This document shows, one piece after another, positions 10,470 through 20,750 of a stretch of 57,454 nucleotides of DNA. Below the pieces are notes generated by a model. It was not told the DNA's origin and ran no database searches. It was given only the letters and a program-made list of their open reading frames with translations. Numbering within the stretch: the first letter of the stretch is position 1; each line of letters begins with the position of its first letter. Origin of the DNA: Deltaproteobacteria bacterium (lineage in GTDB: Bacteria > Desulfobacterota > Dissulfuribacteria > Dissulfuribacterales > QOAL01); the NCBI GenBank assembly GCA_015494395.1, contig WGBG01000160.1:1-57454 (forward strand). The letters run 5' to 3'. The translations under genes and the position numbers were made by a program.

Positions 10470-11054
10470 CTATATTGTGCCCTTGCTTGATAGTGTGCCG
10501 CTGATTCTTGGATCCATGCCTACGGCCTGATCAAGAGCCCTTCCTAGCGCCTTGAATACTGCCTCTGCCATGTGATGGTTATTTTTCCCGTATGGTACCT
10601 GAACATGGAGCGTCATTCCAGCATTTATGGCCAGTGCCCGCAGGAATTCTTCAATCATTTCTGTTTCAAATCTGCCAATGAATGGTGAATTGAAGGGTAC
10701 ATTAAATACGAGATATGGCCGTCTGCACAGGTCCAGGTCAACCTGTGCCACTGTCTCTTCCATGGGGACCCGGGCGCTTCCATACCTTTTTATTCCACTG
10801 TAGTCATCCAGAGACTGTGCTATGGTCTGTCCCAGGCAGATTCCTACATCCTCTACCGTATGGTGTGAGTCAACATCAAGGTCACCCCTTGCCACAAGAT
10901 CAAGATCAAAAAAGCCATGAACAGTGAACAGTGTGAGCATGTGGTCCATAAAGCCCACGCCGGTTGCTATTGAGGCACGACCGGTTCCGTCAAGGTTAAG
11001 GCTGAGTTCAATGGAGGTTTCTTTGGTTTTGCGCGATATTTCGCCTTTTCGCAT
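10470..11054 (-). CDS. hisB: Imidazoleglycerol-phosphate dehydratase
   Basis: RKTKET, FMDHML, DSHHTVED, NNHHMAEAVFKA, STKG-like end. Confidence 0.98.
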   Translation of the reverse strand: MRKGEISRKTKETSIELSLNLDGTGRASIATGVGFMDHMLTLFTVHGFFDLDLVARGDLDVDSHHTVEDVGICLGQTIAQSLDDYSGIKRYGSARVPMEETVAQVDLDLCRRPYLVFNVPFNSPFIGRFETEMIEEFLRALAINAGMTLHVQVPYGKNNHHMAEAVFKALGRALDQAVGMDPRISGTLSSKGTI

Positions 11055-11157
11055 CTGTTTACCCTTAGAATATGTTAAGCACCAGAATCATGAGACTAAA
11101 TTTTCATTACTAAACTTTCATGACATGGGCTTGTCACCACTGATATGAAAGTCGGCT

Positions 11158-11589
11158 TTGAGCTGTCTCCGGATAAAAGTTTTAAGAACTTTCAAAGCAC
11201 AGCCGATGAGAATTTTGAATGTGACCTCAATGGCTGAGTACGCAAATTTTCAAGGAGTCCTGTATATTTTGGCACGCCGCAAGAAAAAAACGCTTCCCGA
11301 TATAAGTGGCATACTCTCATCCCTTTCAGAGGACTGTCATGTCCGGTTTTTCAAACTGACCGACATCCCGGAAGCCGTAACATGGGCTGAACGGGGATTT
11401 ATAGCCATACATGAGAATTATCACTCACTCAGGCGCCAGTCATATCATGTTATCTGCGGTAACCGGGATAACCTTGTAAATTTTTGCAAGATAATGGGGA
11501 TTCCTGAAGATTATATATGTGCCTCGGAATTTTATCGTTTCTGGCACCTGACATGGTTCCCCAACCTTGATTCCAGGGAGGCTGCCTGA
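11158..11589 (+). CDS. Hypothetical protein (true start may be the ATG at 11230)
   Basis: Fills the gap between hisB and the DsrE gene; no recognised motif. Confidence 0.5.
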   Translation: MSCLRIKVLRTFKAQPMRILNVTSMAEYANFQGVLYILARRKKKTLPDISGILSSLSEDCHVRFFKLTDIPEAVTWAERGFIAIHENYHSLRRQSYHVICGNRDNLVNFCKIMGIPEDYICASEFYRFWHLTWFPNLDSREAA

Positions 11590-11627
11590 GATGGCAGTCA
11601 AAGTTCTGATAACCTGTGTCCTGTAAT

Positions 11628-11975
11628 CTATGCCCTGATATAAAGCCATCCCTCTGCCTGCCAGTCTGCGATGGCCCGCACTGCAGCAGGCACTGTCCTG
11701 AACACCTCGGGAAGCCTTTCCTTTGGAATTTCAAAATCACGAAGCGAGTTGGAGCAGAGATAAATCTCACCTCCATCAAGAACAAGCTGTTTCAGATTAT
11801 CAAACAGTGGCCGGTCACACTTGGTGCACTGGGTAACGCTGTCGGCATTTGCTACAATTCTTACCCTTAGTGTATCCCAATCTTCCGCGCTTCTGAGAAA
11901 GTTAAGGGCATTTTTTACCCCTACCATCCATCTTTCTTTCTGGGCAACGTGAACAATGAGTTTGAGTTCTGCCAT
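11628..11975 (-). CDS. DsrE/DsrF-like family protein
   Basis: KNALNFL, IVANADSV, YLCSNSL, VPAAV..I...Q.EGWLYIR pattern; strong RBS. Confidence 0.85.
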   Translation of the reverse strand: MAELKLIVHVAQKERWMVGVKNALNFLRSAEDWDTLRVRIVANADSVTQCTKCDRPLFDNLKQLVLDGGEIYLCSNSLRDFEIPKERLPEVFRTVPAAVRAIADWQAEGWLYIRA

Positions 11976-12017
11976 TAAATGGTTCCTCCTGTGTTGATTA
12001 TCTGGCCTGTCCAGTGC

Positions 12018-13682
12018 CTACGGCTGTTTAAGTACAGCGCCCTGGGCGCCACTGGTCACCTGGGCTGCATACCTGGCAAGATATCCTTTCTTGATTCTGG
12101 GTGCCGGTGGCTTCCACTGTGATCTTCTCTCTGCAAGTTCCTGTTCCGGCACATTAAGAGTAAGTTTGCGGGCCGGGATGTCTATCTCAATAATATCTCC
12201 CTCTTTGACCAATCCAATCAGCCCACCTTCAGCCGCTTCTGGTGATATGTGGCCAATGGCAGCCCCCTGGGTGCCTCCGCTGAAACGGCCATCTGTAAGC
12301 AGGGCCACCTGTTTATCCAGTCCCATTCCAACAATTGCAGCGGTTGGAGAGAGCATTTCCGGCATGCCAGGCCCGCCCTTTGGCCCTTCATACCGAATTA
12401 CAACAATATCACCAGGCTTTATCTTGCCGCCGAGTATGGCATCGTATGCGTCAGCTTCGCCCTCAAATACACGGGCTGGCCCCTTATGTTTAAGCATTTC
12501 AGGAGCAACTGCTGACTGCTTCACCACTGAACCGTCAGCGGCAAGGTTGCCGTAAAGAATGGCGATTCCGCCTTCCTTGTGATACGGGTCTGATACCGGC
12601 CTTATGACTTCTCTGTTCCTTACCACGGCATTTTTGATGTTTTCCCCAACTGTTTTGCCTGTTACGGTAAGTGCATCCTTGTCAATCACTCCCAATTCAT
12701 CAAGTTCATGCATTATTGCCTGTATGCCACCTGCCAGGTTAAGGTCATAAAGGCTGTGGGGACCTGCCGGGATCAGGCTGCAGAGGTGGGCAGTTCTGGT
12801 GCTCATTTCATTAAATGCCTCAAGCGGAAGGTCCACTTCTGCCTCATGGGCAACAGCTGGAACGTGGAGCACAGTGTTTGTTGAGCATCCCAGGGCCATA
12901 TCAACCGCTATGGCGTTTTTGAATGCCTGGGCCGTTGCTATATCTCTGGGTTTTATGTCCTTTTCAACAAGATGCATTACCTGCATGCCGGTCTGTTTGG
13001 CAAGTCTTATGCGTGCGGCATCCACAGCCGGTATTGTGCCATTACCAGGCAATGCAAGCCCCAGTGCCTCTGAGAGGCAGTTCATGGAATTGGCAGTGAA
13101 CATGCCGGCACATGAGCCGCATGTGGGGCAAGCGCAGGATTCTAGCTCGTTCAGCTCATCTTCTGTCATGTCTCCACGCTTTACCTTTCCAATTCCTTCA
13201 AATACAGAGATGAGATTTACCTTTTTACCATTCCAGTTTCCTGTAAGCATGGGCCCGCCAGTAACCACTATTGAGGGAATGTTCAGGCGGAGGATTGCCA
13301 TTAGCATGCCAGGGGTAATCTTGTCGCAGCTTGGAATCACCACTAGTCCGTCAAAGGGGTGTCCCTGGGCCATAACTTCAACGGAGTCAGCGATAAGTTC
13401 ACGGCTTGCCAGGGAGTAACGCATGCCAAGATGATTCATGGCAATTCCGTCGCAGATGCCTATGCCGCCAAACTCAACCGGCGTGCCGCCTGCCATACGA
13501 ATCCCGGCCTTCACCGCTTCGGTTATCTGGCGAAGATGGATGTGTCCGGGAATAATTTCGTTAAAGGAGTTGGCTACTCCTATAAGCGGGCGCTGTATCT
13601 CCTCATCAGTATATCCCATTGCCTTGAAGAGTGAGCGGTGGGGCGCCCTCTCCATGCCCTTTTTCATCTGGTCGCTTCTCAT
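12018..13682 (-). CDS. ilvD: Dihydroxy-acid dehydratase
   Basis: [49 protein letters not shown]. Confidence 0.98.
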   Translation of the reverse strand: MRSDQMKKGMERAPHRSLFKAMGYTDEEIQRPLIGVANSFNEIIPGHIHLRQITEAVKAGIRMAGGTPVEFGGIGICDGIAMNHLGMRYSLASRELIADSVEVMAQGHPFDGLVVIPSCDKITPGMLMAILRLNIPSIVVTGGPMLTGNWNGKKVNLISVFEGIGKVKRGDMTEDELNELESCACPTCGSCAGMFTANSMNCLSEALGLALPGNGTIPAVDAARIRLAKQTGMQVMHLVEKDIKPRDIATAQAFKNAIAVDMALGCSTNTVLHVPAVAHEAEVDLPLEAFNEMSTRTAHLCSLIPAGPHSLYDLNLAGGIQAIMHELDELGVIDKDALTVTGKTVGENIKNAVVRNREVIRPVSDPYHKEGGIAILYGNLAADGSVVKQSAVAPEMLKHKGPARVFEGEADAYDAILGGKIKPGDIVVIRYEGPKGGPGMPEMLSPTAAIVGMGLDKQVALLTDGRFSGGTQGAAIGHISPEAAEGGLIGLVKEGDIIEIDIPARKLTLNVPEQELAERRSQWKPPAPRIKKGYLARYAAQVTSGAQGAVLKQP

Positions 13683-13715
13683 CTTGTGAATCCTTATACT
13701 CTAATGTTTGTTGTA

Positions 13716-13922
13716 CCTGAATTGAGCGTTTCAAAAGTTTGAAGAAATGATTTTATACGATATTAAAAGGAGTTACATGTATCGTACTCTTCAACTTTTG
13801 AAACCCTTCGGGATTGCCGGATTCACTGCATCTCCTTTGCAGAGGAATTTCCATATAGCTGACTATTATGGAAATTCCTCTTTCGCGGATCTGCAGCAAA
13901 GCCGACAATCGTTCAATCCAGG
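13716..13922. mobile_element. MITE family A, copy 1 (IS1380/ISEcp1-like ends)
   Basis: TIRs CCTGAATTGAGCG / CGTTCAATCCAGG; perfect 5-bp TSD TTGTA; homologous to four other copies. Confidence 0.88.
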
Positions 13923-14001
13923 TTGTAATATTGTGACTGTTCAGCTTGCTGAACCGACATTTACATGTGCTGAATTAAGTTGATGTCTTACAGTCGGGTT
14001 G

Positions 14002-14610
14002 TCAGGCAGATAATTTTTCCCATATAGGCAGATCAATGTGAAGCTTGCGAAACCGGTTATCCTGTTTGATAGCATCGCTTCGTTTGTAGTTTGCAATTAG
14101 GATGGTACCTGCCCGCATTGTGTCTTCAACCTTATGTTCAAACTCCCGCTGCAAGTTGCCATCTGTAAGGGGGCAGAAGTAATATATCACGTCAAAATCA
14201 GCATAATTTTTATATTCCAGTATGTCATCCCGGGTTATCCGGCTGCTTCCGAGCATGCGCGAGGCAACGTAAAAGGGATATTCATCCTTTTCAATTCCGT
14301 AAACATCAAAGCCGGCCTGCTCTGCAAAGAGCAGTACATTCCCTATGCCACACCCTACGTCAAGGAATGTGGGCGGGGTTGAGGCCGGGGAACCGTTCCC
14401 TTCTGAAAAATAGTCCCATGCCAGCATGACTTCCTGAAAGAGCTGACGTGTGTCCATTGCCACAAAGGGGTACTGGGAATCTGTATCAATGGTGCTGCGA
14501 TTCTGTATTTCCCTTGTGAAAAATGCAATAAATCTGTTTATAATATTGAAAAAAGGCTGCTGATCTTCATTTATCTCAACAGCCTTTCTGTAATTTTTTC
14601 TGTTGTTCAT
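14002..14610 (-). CDS. Class I SAM-dependent methyltransferase
   Basis: FLDVGCGIG motif I, YGIE, DVIYYFCP; start set at the ATG at 14610 behind GAGG. Confidence 0.85.
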   Translation of the reverse strand: MNNRKNYRKAVEINEDQQPFFNIINRFIAFFTREIQNRSTIDTDSQYPFVAMDTRQLFQEVMLAWDYFSEGNGSPASTPPTFLDVGCGIGNVLLFAEQAGFDVYGIEKDEYPFYVASRMLGSSRITRDDILEYKNYADFDVIYYFCPLTDGNLQREFEHKVEDTMRAGTILIANYKRSDAIKQDNRFRKLHIDLPIWEKLSA

Positions 14611-14660
14611 TGATACTTCCTCATAAACACAAAATTGTAAAAATACCCTATGATTCGGCA

Positions 14661-16370
14661 TTATTCAATGCCGGTATCAACAAGCAGTGATGACAGGAAC
14701 CTGCCCTGAAGGGCGTCCGGTTCCTTTACTGGCAAAATTTCCTCCATGACCGGGGAGACGGCTTTTTCCAGTATGCTTTTGGCCATCTCTGGGTTGATGT
14801 TTGATAACTGGCTGAATTCCTGTGCTATTTGGGCGCTTGTTGTGCCCCACTTGCCTGTTTCAAAGGTGTTTTTTAGCTCAAAGAGCCTGGATTCGGCAAC
14901 AGGCACAACTACGGCACTTCCATCCAGTATGAAATTGGCAACGGCAGTGGCAAGTCCGTGCTGCCAGGTAAACTCGTTCCAGGTAAGGAAGTTGGTATTC
15001 TCCCAGGCTATAACATCCCTCCACCTGTGCCAGTGAGGTGTTATCTTTTCCATTATCCGGTGCCACGCCTCCAGTTCATCCACGGTTTTTTCTGCATCCT
15101 CCACCTGTTCAAGAGAGTAGAACGGCACGGCTTCCTGCAGGTTTTCATCCCACCGCATGGGCACCGGCCTGGCAAGGGCTTCAAAAATTTCACTGTATTC
15201 AGGTGGCAGAAGCCTTGTTTCTGTATCCCTTGCTATATTCCGCACCCGTTGCCTTATGCCTGAAAGCCGCCAGATTGCTGCACGAACAAGGTCTTCCAGG
15301 ACATATTGCGAAAGTATTTTTACCGGGCCAGTTACAGGATATTCATCTGCCGTGGTTTCAATGCCAAGGTTTATGAGAGAGGCTGCTTTGGAAAGAGCCT
15401 TTTTCATGGTGTCCGGATCGTCAAGATCAATCCGGTCTGTCATAAGTATCTTGTTTGCAACACCGGTCCACTCCCTGATGATGCGGGCTATGTCCGGGGT
15501 ATCTGAAAGTTCAGCAAGGGCAGTGGCAAGGCCTGGAAAGTCTGTTATGTACAGTGTGGGCACAAAGGCCGGCATGTCCGAGCCTTCTGTTCCATCAAGC
15601 ATTGCAGCCGGGGCTGCACGCCTCAAATCATGCGGTTTTACCGGGGCGTAGATATCAAGCGCGCTGAAGTAGTCTGGAATTCCAAAGTCTGCAAGCCTGC
15701 CGCAGCGAAGCCTCCATGCCTTTTCAATGCACTCTGTACGGGTTTCTGTTAGGATGGTTTCCATGCAGTCCCTGTAAAAACCGTCCGAGATCTCCAGAAT
15801 TTTCATTGTCATGCGTTCCCACATGGGTACAAACTTTTCATTTTTGAAGGCAATATAGTAAACATTGTCAATGGTGAAGGGGTTAAGTACGTCCTTTGCC
15901 TCCTCTATCTCCATGTCATCAGGTCGTTTCTGGACATCCACGAAGTGGCGCATGATGGCAGGTATAAGATAAGGGTCCTTTGAACGGAGAGTGCTGAGCC
16001 AGGAGTTTACGGTATCTTCTCCTGCCTCAAACAGCATGATTAGCCATGCCGATACCCTGTCCAGCCTCAAATTGTCCTTGTCCCACCAGTCAAGGTCAAG
16101 GATGAACTGTAGCTGTTCAAATGAAGCAGCTGATATCAGTGGCAGGCTGTCTTCCGGCCCTGTGCTCTTGATGGTCCAGAACAGCTCTTCCACTGGCATG
16201 GAACGCACAAGTGCCGGGAATTTTTTTGAGAGCAGCATTATCTCCTGGCGTTTTTCCCAGGGAGTCAGCAGGGTTAGCATTGCCTGAGAGGAGGTGGAGA
16301 GTGCATTGAACTCTCTTTCTGCCTCCTGCTTTGGCAGGGTAAGTAGTTTGTTTGGAGATAAATCAGTCAA
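14661..16370 (-). CDS. Conserved deltaproteobacterial protein (DUF6178-like)
   Basis: LVRSMPVEEL...EQLQFILDLDWW...RLADFGIPD pattern; 569-aa open frame with TTG start. Confidence 0.7.
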   Translation of the reverse strand: MTDLSPNKLLTLPKQEAEREFNALSTSSQAMLTLLTPWEKRQEIMLLSKKFPALVRSMPVEELFWTIKSTGPEDSLPLISAASFEQLQFILDLDWWDKDNLRLDRVSAWLIMLFEAGEDTVNSWLSTLRSKDPYLIPAIMRHFVDVQKRPDDMEIEEAKDVLNPFTIDNVYYIAFKNEKFVPMWERMTMKILEISDGFYRDCMETILTETRTECIEKAWRLRCGRLADFGIPDYFSALDIYAPVKPHDLRRAAPAAMLDGTEGSDMPAFVPTLYITDFPGLATALAELSDTPDIARIIREWTGVANKILMTDRIDLDDPDTMKKALSKAASLINLGIETTADEYPVTGPVKILSQYVLEDLVRAAIWRLSGIRQRVRNIARDTETRLLPPEYSEIFEALARPVPMRWDENLQEAVPFYSLEQVEDAEKTVDELEAWHRIMEKITPHWHRWRDVIAWENTNFLTWNEFTWQHGLATAVANFILDGSAVVVPVAESRLFELKNTFETGKWGTTSAQIAQEFSQLSNINPEMAKSILEKAVSPVMEEILPVKEPDALQGRFLSSLLVDTGIE

Positions 16371-16486
16371 GTTTAAGATCCTTTATTCCGATAAAATATA
16401 ATGAGTGCAGGTTCTGGCCCGCGATGATTTTAACGTAGCGTTCCTCTGTTAAAACAGGTAATTTTGCACTTGGAGGAAAACAATAC

Positions 16487-16694
16487 CCTAAGTTGAGCGA
16501 TTGTCAGATTTGCTCCATATCCGCGAAAGAGGGCTTTCCACTCTAGTAACCTATGTGGGAAGCCCGATGACAAAGAAGATGCAGTGAAGCTGGCAATCTC
16601 GAAGGGTTTCAAAATTGGAAAGTTATAATCAATTTAACTCCTTTTAATTTCATGGGGAAAATAATTTTCCATATTTTGAAATGCTCAATTTATG
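16487..16694. mobile_element. MITE family A, copy 2
   Basis: TIRs CCTAAGTTGAGC / GCTCAATTTATG; perfect 5-bp TSD AATAC. Confidence 0.88.
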
Positions 16695-16905
16695 AATACC
16701 ATTTTTATGCGATAAAGATAAGCTTGAAAGTTGCGCAGTCAATCAAGGCTCTTTGTAAGACTTGGAAAATTCTGGCCTGGTAGGGGTTTGATCCAGGTAT
16801 TGTTATGTTACTGTAGCAAGTCTCGCATGACGGATTAACTGTTGCTGGGTTGAGCGGTTGTAGGATTTGCTGCTGCATATTCGCGAAAATGGAGGAAAAA
16901 AGGGG

Positions 16906-17607
16906 ATGGGATATGATATCCCGCAGGATTTAAGGAACTTTAGCATGGTACCAAATGAACGGCTGAATCACATGGAGATACTTATCGCTGAAGATGAGAA
17001 GAATATCGGCGATCTTCTTGTGGAGTTGCTGTCTGACAAAAACAGGGAAATTACAGTAGTGCATAATGGCCTTGAGGCAATTCAGCTGCTTGATCAGCGG
17101 CCTTTTGATCTTCTAATTACAGACCTGATGATGCCCGAGGTTGACGGTATGGAGGTGCTTCATCATGCCAAATCTCTGTATCCGGACATTCAGGCAATTA
17201 TTATCACCGGGTATGCCTCTCTGGAAACAGCAATTCAGGCGGTGAAGGAGGGGGCATATGACTACCTCAGGAAACCGTTCAGGCTGGAGGAGCTTAAAAT
17301 CAGTGTTGACAATGCATGTGAACGTATAGCCCTGATTCGTGAAAATAACCGGCTTATTGAGAACATAAAGCGCATGCAGGGCGAATTCCCCCAAGGGGAA
17401 ACAGATTCCCAGGGAGAGAGCGAAGATGCTGTATCTTCACTGATGGGCGGAGCTGATATTTTTCAGCCACTTATGCTTGAAACTGGTGTTGCTGCGGGCA
17501 CCAGGACTCTGGACGAGCTGGAGCGTCTGGGTAAACTTCGGCAGCAGGGCGTAATTACAGAGGAAGAGTTTGTGCGCCTTAAGGAAAAACTTTTGAATAG
17601 GCTTTAG
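16906..17607 (+). CDS. Response regulator receiver with C-terminal SHOCT domain
   Basis: LIAEDE, ITDLMMP, YLRKPF; C-terminal LERLGKLRQQGVITEEEFVRLKEKLL; start taken at the ATG after GGAGG. Confidence 0.88.
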   Translation: MGYDIPQDLRNFSMVPNERLNHMEILIAEDEKNIGDLLVELLSDKNREITVVHNGLEAIQLLDQRPFDLLITDLMMPEVDGMEVLHHAKSLYPDIQAIIITGYASLETAIQAVKEGAYDYLRKPFRLEELKISVDNACERIALIRENNRLIENIKRMQGEFPQGETDSQGESEDAVSSLMGGADIFQPLMLETGVAAGTRTLDELERLGKLRQQGVITEEEFVRLKEKLLNRL

Positions 17608-19224
17608 GTGCCTAATATCATGTCTTCTCCTTCAGTAGATCAGGGAATATCTTCTGTTAAGTCAGAGTCACTGTACGGACACAGGTGGAAAGTTCTCATT
17701 GTTGATGACGAGGATGTGGTGCGTCAGACTTTGGGTGCGTACCTTAATGGGCTTGATCATTTTGAGATTTTTCAGGCATCCAATGCCCTTGAGGGCCTAT
17801 CCATTGTAAAAAAACAGGGTGGAATGGATGGCGTGTTTGTGGATATTAACATGCCTGGAATGGATGGGATAGAGTTCCTGGGCCGTCTTAAGGCCATTGA
17901 CCGCACCATTGTAGCAACCATTATTACCGGTCAACCTTCCATGAATGTTATTGTCAGCGCCATGAGGGCTGGAGCCTCAGATTTTCTTACAAAACCATTC
18001 AAGTTTGACCAGTTTCAGGTGGCTGTTGAGCGCATGATCAGAGAGAGGAGTATCCTTAAGGAGAATGAGATCCTGACTGAAGAGGTAAAATTAAAGAAGG
18101 CACTTGAGCAGATTAATAAAAAACTGGAAAGTAAGGTCAGGGAGCAGGCAGTACTCTTTGCCATAAGTGATACGCTCAGTCACATCAAGAATACCAACGA
18201 GCTCTACAACAGCATTGTAAAACTTGCATGTGCTCTTACCGGTGCGTCCCAGAGTTATTTCTGGGTTGTGAACAGGGAGGAGGGGCAACTTATTCTCATG
18301 GGGGCTTCCGGTCCTTATGATTCTGCCATGGAAACCGTCAGCATGGACAGGCTTGACGTGCCCTGTGTACGGGTAGCTGTTGAGGAGCTGCCCATTTACG
18401 TAACCAAGAGTGCTGATAATGACGGTGGTGGGTCAAGTTCCAATACTCCGGGCTTAAAGAATCAGGTTCTGGTGCCATTTAATATTCGAAACGAGATCTT
18501 TGGAGTTCTGGCTGTATGCGGTGATAATCACGGAAGTTATCTTGGTGAGGAGGCGATTTTCCTTATGCACCTCCTGGCAGAGCGAGCCAGCCTCACCATG
18601 GAAAATCTGTTGTTATACGACAGCCTTTCCATGAACCTGTATGCAACCCTTCGTGCACTTGTCCGTTCTCTTGAGGCAAAGGACCCTTATACCAAGCTTC
18701 ATTCCCAGCGGGTTACTCACATTGCCTTGCGGCTTGGGGAGTTCATGGGGGTTAATGATGAAGACCTTGAGGTGCTGGAGTTTGCAGGCAATCTTCACGA
18801 TATAGGCAAGATAGGAATTCGGGATCAGGTCCTGATGAAACCTGGCCGCCTTACCAGGGATGAGTACGAGATTATTAAGGCCCATCCGGTTATAGGTGAG
18901 GAGATTGTAAGTCATCTGGGGTTAATGACTGAGGCAAAGGGAATTATTCGGCATCACCATGAGAGATGGGATGGCAAGGGGTATCCTGATGGGCTTGCCG
19001 GAGATTCCATCCCTGCCTTGGCAAGGATACTTGCAGTGGCTGATACCTATGATGCCATGACCACCGACCGACCCTACCGCAAAGGGCATTCGCCAGCAGA
19101 GGCACATGAGGAAATAGTAGCCAACTCGGCTACACAGTTTGATCCAGACGCGGTTGCCGCCTTTAGTGACCTCTTCAAAAGCAAGCCAGCCCAGTTTGTT
19201 CCGGTAGATCTGGAAAACGATTAG
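17608..19224 (+). CDS. REC-GAF-HD-GYP c-di-GMP phosphodiesterase
   Basis: LIVDDE/VDINMP receiver; central GAF domain; LHDIGK, HHHERWDGKGYP and VADTYDAMT..RPYR. Confidence 0.93.
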   Translation: MPNIMSSPSVDQGISSVKSESLYGHRWKVLIVDDEDVVRQTLGAYLNGLDHFEIFQASNALEGLSIVKKQGGMDGVFVDINMPGMDGIEFLGRLKAIDRTIVATIITGQPSMNVIVSAMRAGASDFLTKPFKFDQFQVAVERMIRERSILKENEILTEEVKLKKALEQINKKLESKVREQAVLFAISDTLSHIKNTNELYNSIVKLACALTGASQSYFWVVNREEGQLILMGASGPYDSAMETVSMDRLDVPCVRVAVEELPIYVTKSADNDGGGSSSNTPGLKNQVLVPFNIRNEIFGVLAVCGDNHGSYLGEEAIFLMHLLAERASLTMENLLLYDSLSMNLYATLRALVRSLEAKDPYTKLHSQRVTHIALRLGEFMGVNDEDLEVLEFAGNLHDIGKIGIRDQVLMKPGRLTRDEYEIIKAHPVIGEEIVSHLGLMTEAKGIIRHHHERWDGKGYPDGLAGDSIPALARILAVADTYDAMTTDRPYRKGHSPAEAHEEIVANSATQFDPDAVAAFSDLFKSKPAQFVPVDLEND

Positions 19225-19409
19225 GCTGTTTTTTGCATTTTCTATCCCGGCGTTAAAATTTTTTAATACTTATTGTGTCCAGTCCTTTACAATTCAAAAA
19301 AGAGCTGCCATAACATATTTACAATCCATGCAAAAAGGTCTGATTTGGTTTTTTGCGCATGGGCTGAACGCTGTTTATGACCGGAAGAGGATGAATATTA
19401 AAGGCGATT

Positions 19410-20210
19410 ATGAATAGTTCAAATTCGCAACTGAATAATTTTTTGCTTAAATGTTTCCAGTACAGCCTTACTGGACGAATGGGGCATGGACTTGTGCATA
19501 ACCTCAATGGCCCTCTGCAGATCCTTTCCATGCAGATAGAGATGCTCAAAATGGGTTTTAGCCAGGAGGAGATGAGGGCACAGGGTGGCGGTGAAAAACA
19601 AGCTGGTAGTGATTTTATTGGCTCTGCAAGGGAGAGGGTTGAAGAAATTTCCAGGGTCATCTCCCGCCTGGAATCAATGATACATATCATAGGATACCGC
19701 GGGGAAAATCAGCAGGAAGAAATGCAGAAAAGGCCAGTGGAGATAGGGTCTTTTATAAGGGATTTTATCGAATTCTGGCAGGCTGATCTCTATTTCAAAC
19801 ACCGGGTTGAGAAGGAGATAAATATTCCCGAAACTGCCATATTTGCCGTTATGGAAGAGTCCGTTGTGCTTGGTATGCTTGACGGTTTGATGGCTGCATT
19901 CCTGTACTGCATAAAGAAACGTGAAGGTGCATCGTTTTTTCTTGATGTCAATCACATTGATTCCGGTGGCTGCAGGATTGAAATGGGACAATCCGGAGAG
20001 CCTGTACAGGATGAAATATGTAGTATCGTAACTACTCTCAGAAAAGAATATGTGAAAGACAGGGAATCTGTGCTGATAGATTGCAGTACCATCCCAAAAT
20101 ACCCGCCTGATCTGATGGTAGGACTTATTCTTGGGGCTGTTCGTTCTGTTGATGCAGGGTGGAGTTTTGATCTTTCTCCAAAGAAGGTGGTGGTTAGTAC
20201 AGGAGAGTAG
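19410..20210 (+). CDS. HisKA-like protein with degenerate ATPase domain
   Basis: H-box GLVHNLNGPLQIL; no recognisable N, G1 or G2 boxes. Confidence 0.65.
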   Translation: MNSSNSQLNNFLLKCFQYSLTGRMGHGLVHNLNGPLQILSMQIEMLKMGFSQEEMRAQGGGEKQAGSDFIGSARERVEEISRVISRLESMIHIIGYRGENQQEEMQKRPVEIGSFIRDFIEFWQADLYFKHRVEKEINIPETAIFAVMEESVVLGMLDGLMAAFLYCIKKREGASFFLDVNHIDSGGCRIEMGQSGEPVQDEICSIVTTLRKEYVKDRESVLIDCSTIPKYPPDLMVGLILGAVRSVDAGWSFDLSPKKVVVSTGE

Positions 20211-20264
20211 TTCTTAATGCATTAAGAATCTGTGCCAAAATAACTTGGTGATCTTGCATCTTAA

Positions 20265-20491
20265 GTAACTGTTCAGCGTATTGATGGTAATTGAGGTTAG
20301 TGAATGGTCTTGTTTTTCCGTTCCGGTGAACAATTTCTTGTTTTTCCAAGGCTTGCTCCGCCAAAATCGCGAAACTCGCTCGTCCCTCGCTCAGACAGAC
20401 GCGATTTTTATGGCTGCGCTTCGCCAGGAAAAACTACGAAATTCTTCATAGTCACTCCAAAACAAGATCATTCACTAAGCTGAATAGATAC
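20265..20491. mobile_element. MITE family B, copy 1
   Basis: TIRs GTAACTGTTCAGC / GCTGAATAGATAC; perfect 8-bp TSD CATCTTAA. Confidence 0.9.
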
Positions 20492-20664
20492 CATCTTAAT
20501 TCTTAACGGCATTCTAAGCCGAACTTTTATCACTCAATCATCAACGTCACCAGGCTGCGCCTGAGTCCAGAAGCAGTGTACTTACTGCAACTGCCTTTTC
20601 AGTTTCAATAGACATACAAATTTCCCTTGGCAATGACGTCCTGCAGTGATGACCGTTAAAAGAT

Positions 20665-20695
20665 TGCAATTTGACGATTTTGTCGTCATATTGCA
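20665..20695. promoter_or_regulatory. Inverted-repeat operator candidate upstream of the AAA ATPase gene
   Basis: TGCAAT-T-TGACGA-TTTTG-TCGTCA-T-ATTGCA, containing a TTGACG -35-like hexamer. Confidence 0.4.
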
Positions 20696-20750
20696 TTGCT
20701 ATTTAATGATTAAAACGTTAAAATGAGGTATATCTTATTGCGGAGGCACC

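Noticed and set aside
13747-13983. Short ORFs overlapping MITEs (also 16430-16612, 43799-44035, 49658-49847, 51000-51260)
   Set aside because: They lie within the repeats and their starts and stops differ between copies, so they are not called as genes
20211-20228. Perfect 18-bp palindrome TTCTTAATGCATTAAGAA after the HisKA-like gene
   Set aside because: It is a single AT-rich, loopless occurrence, and its function cannot be supported
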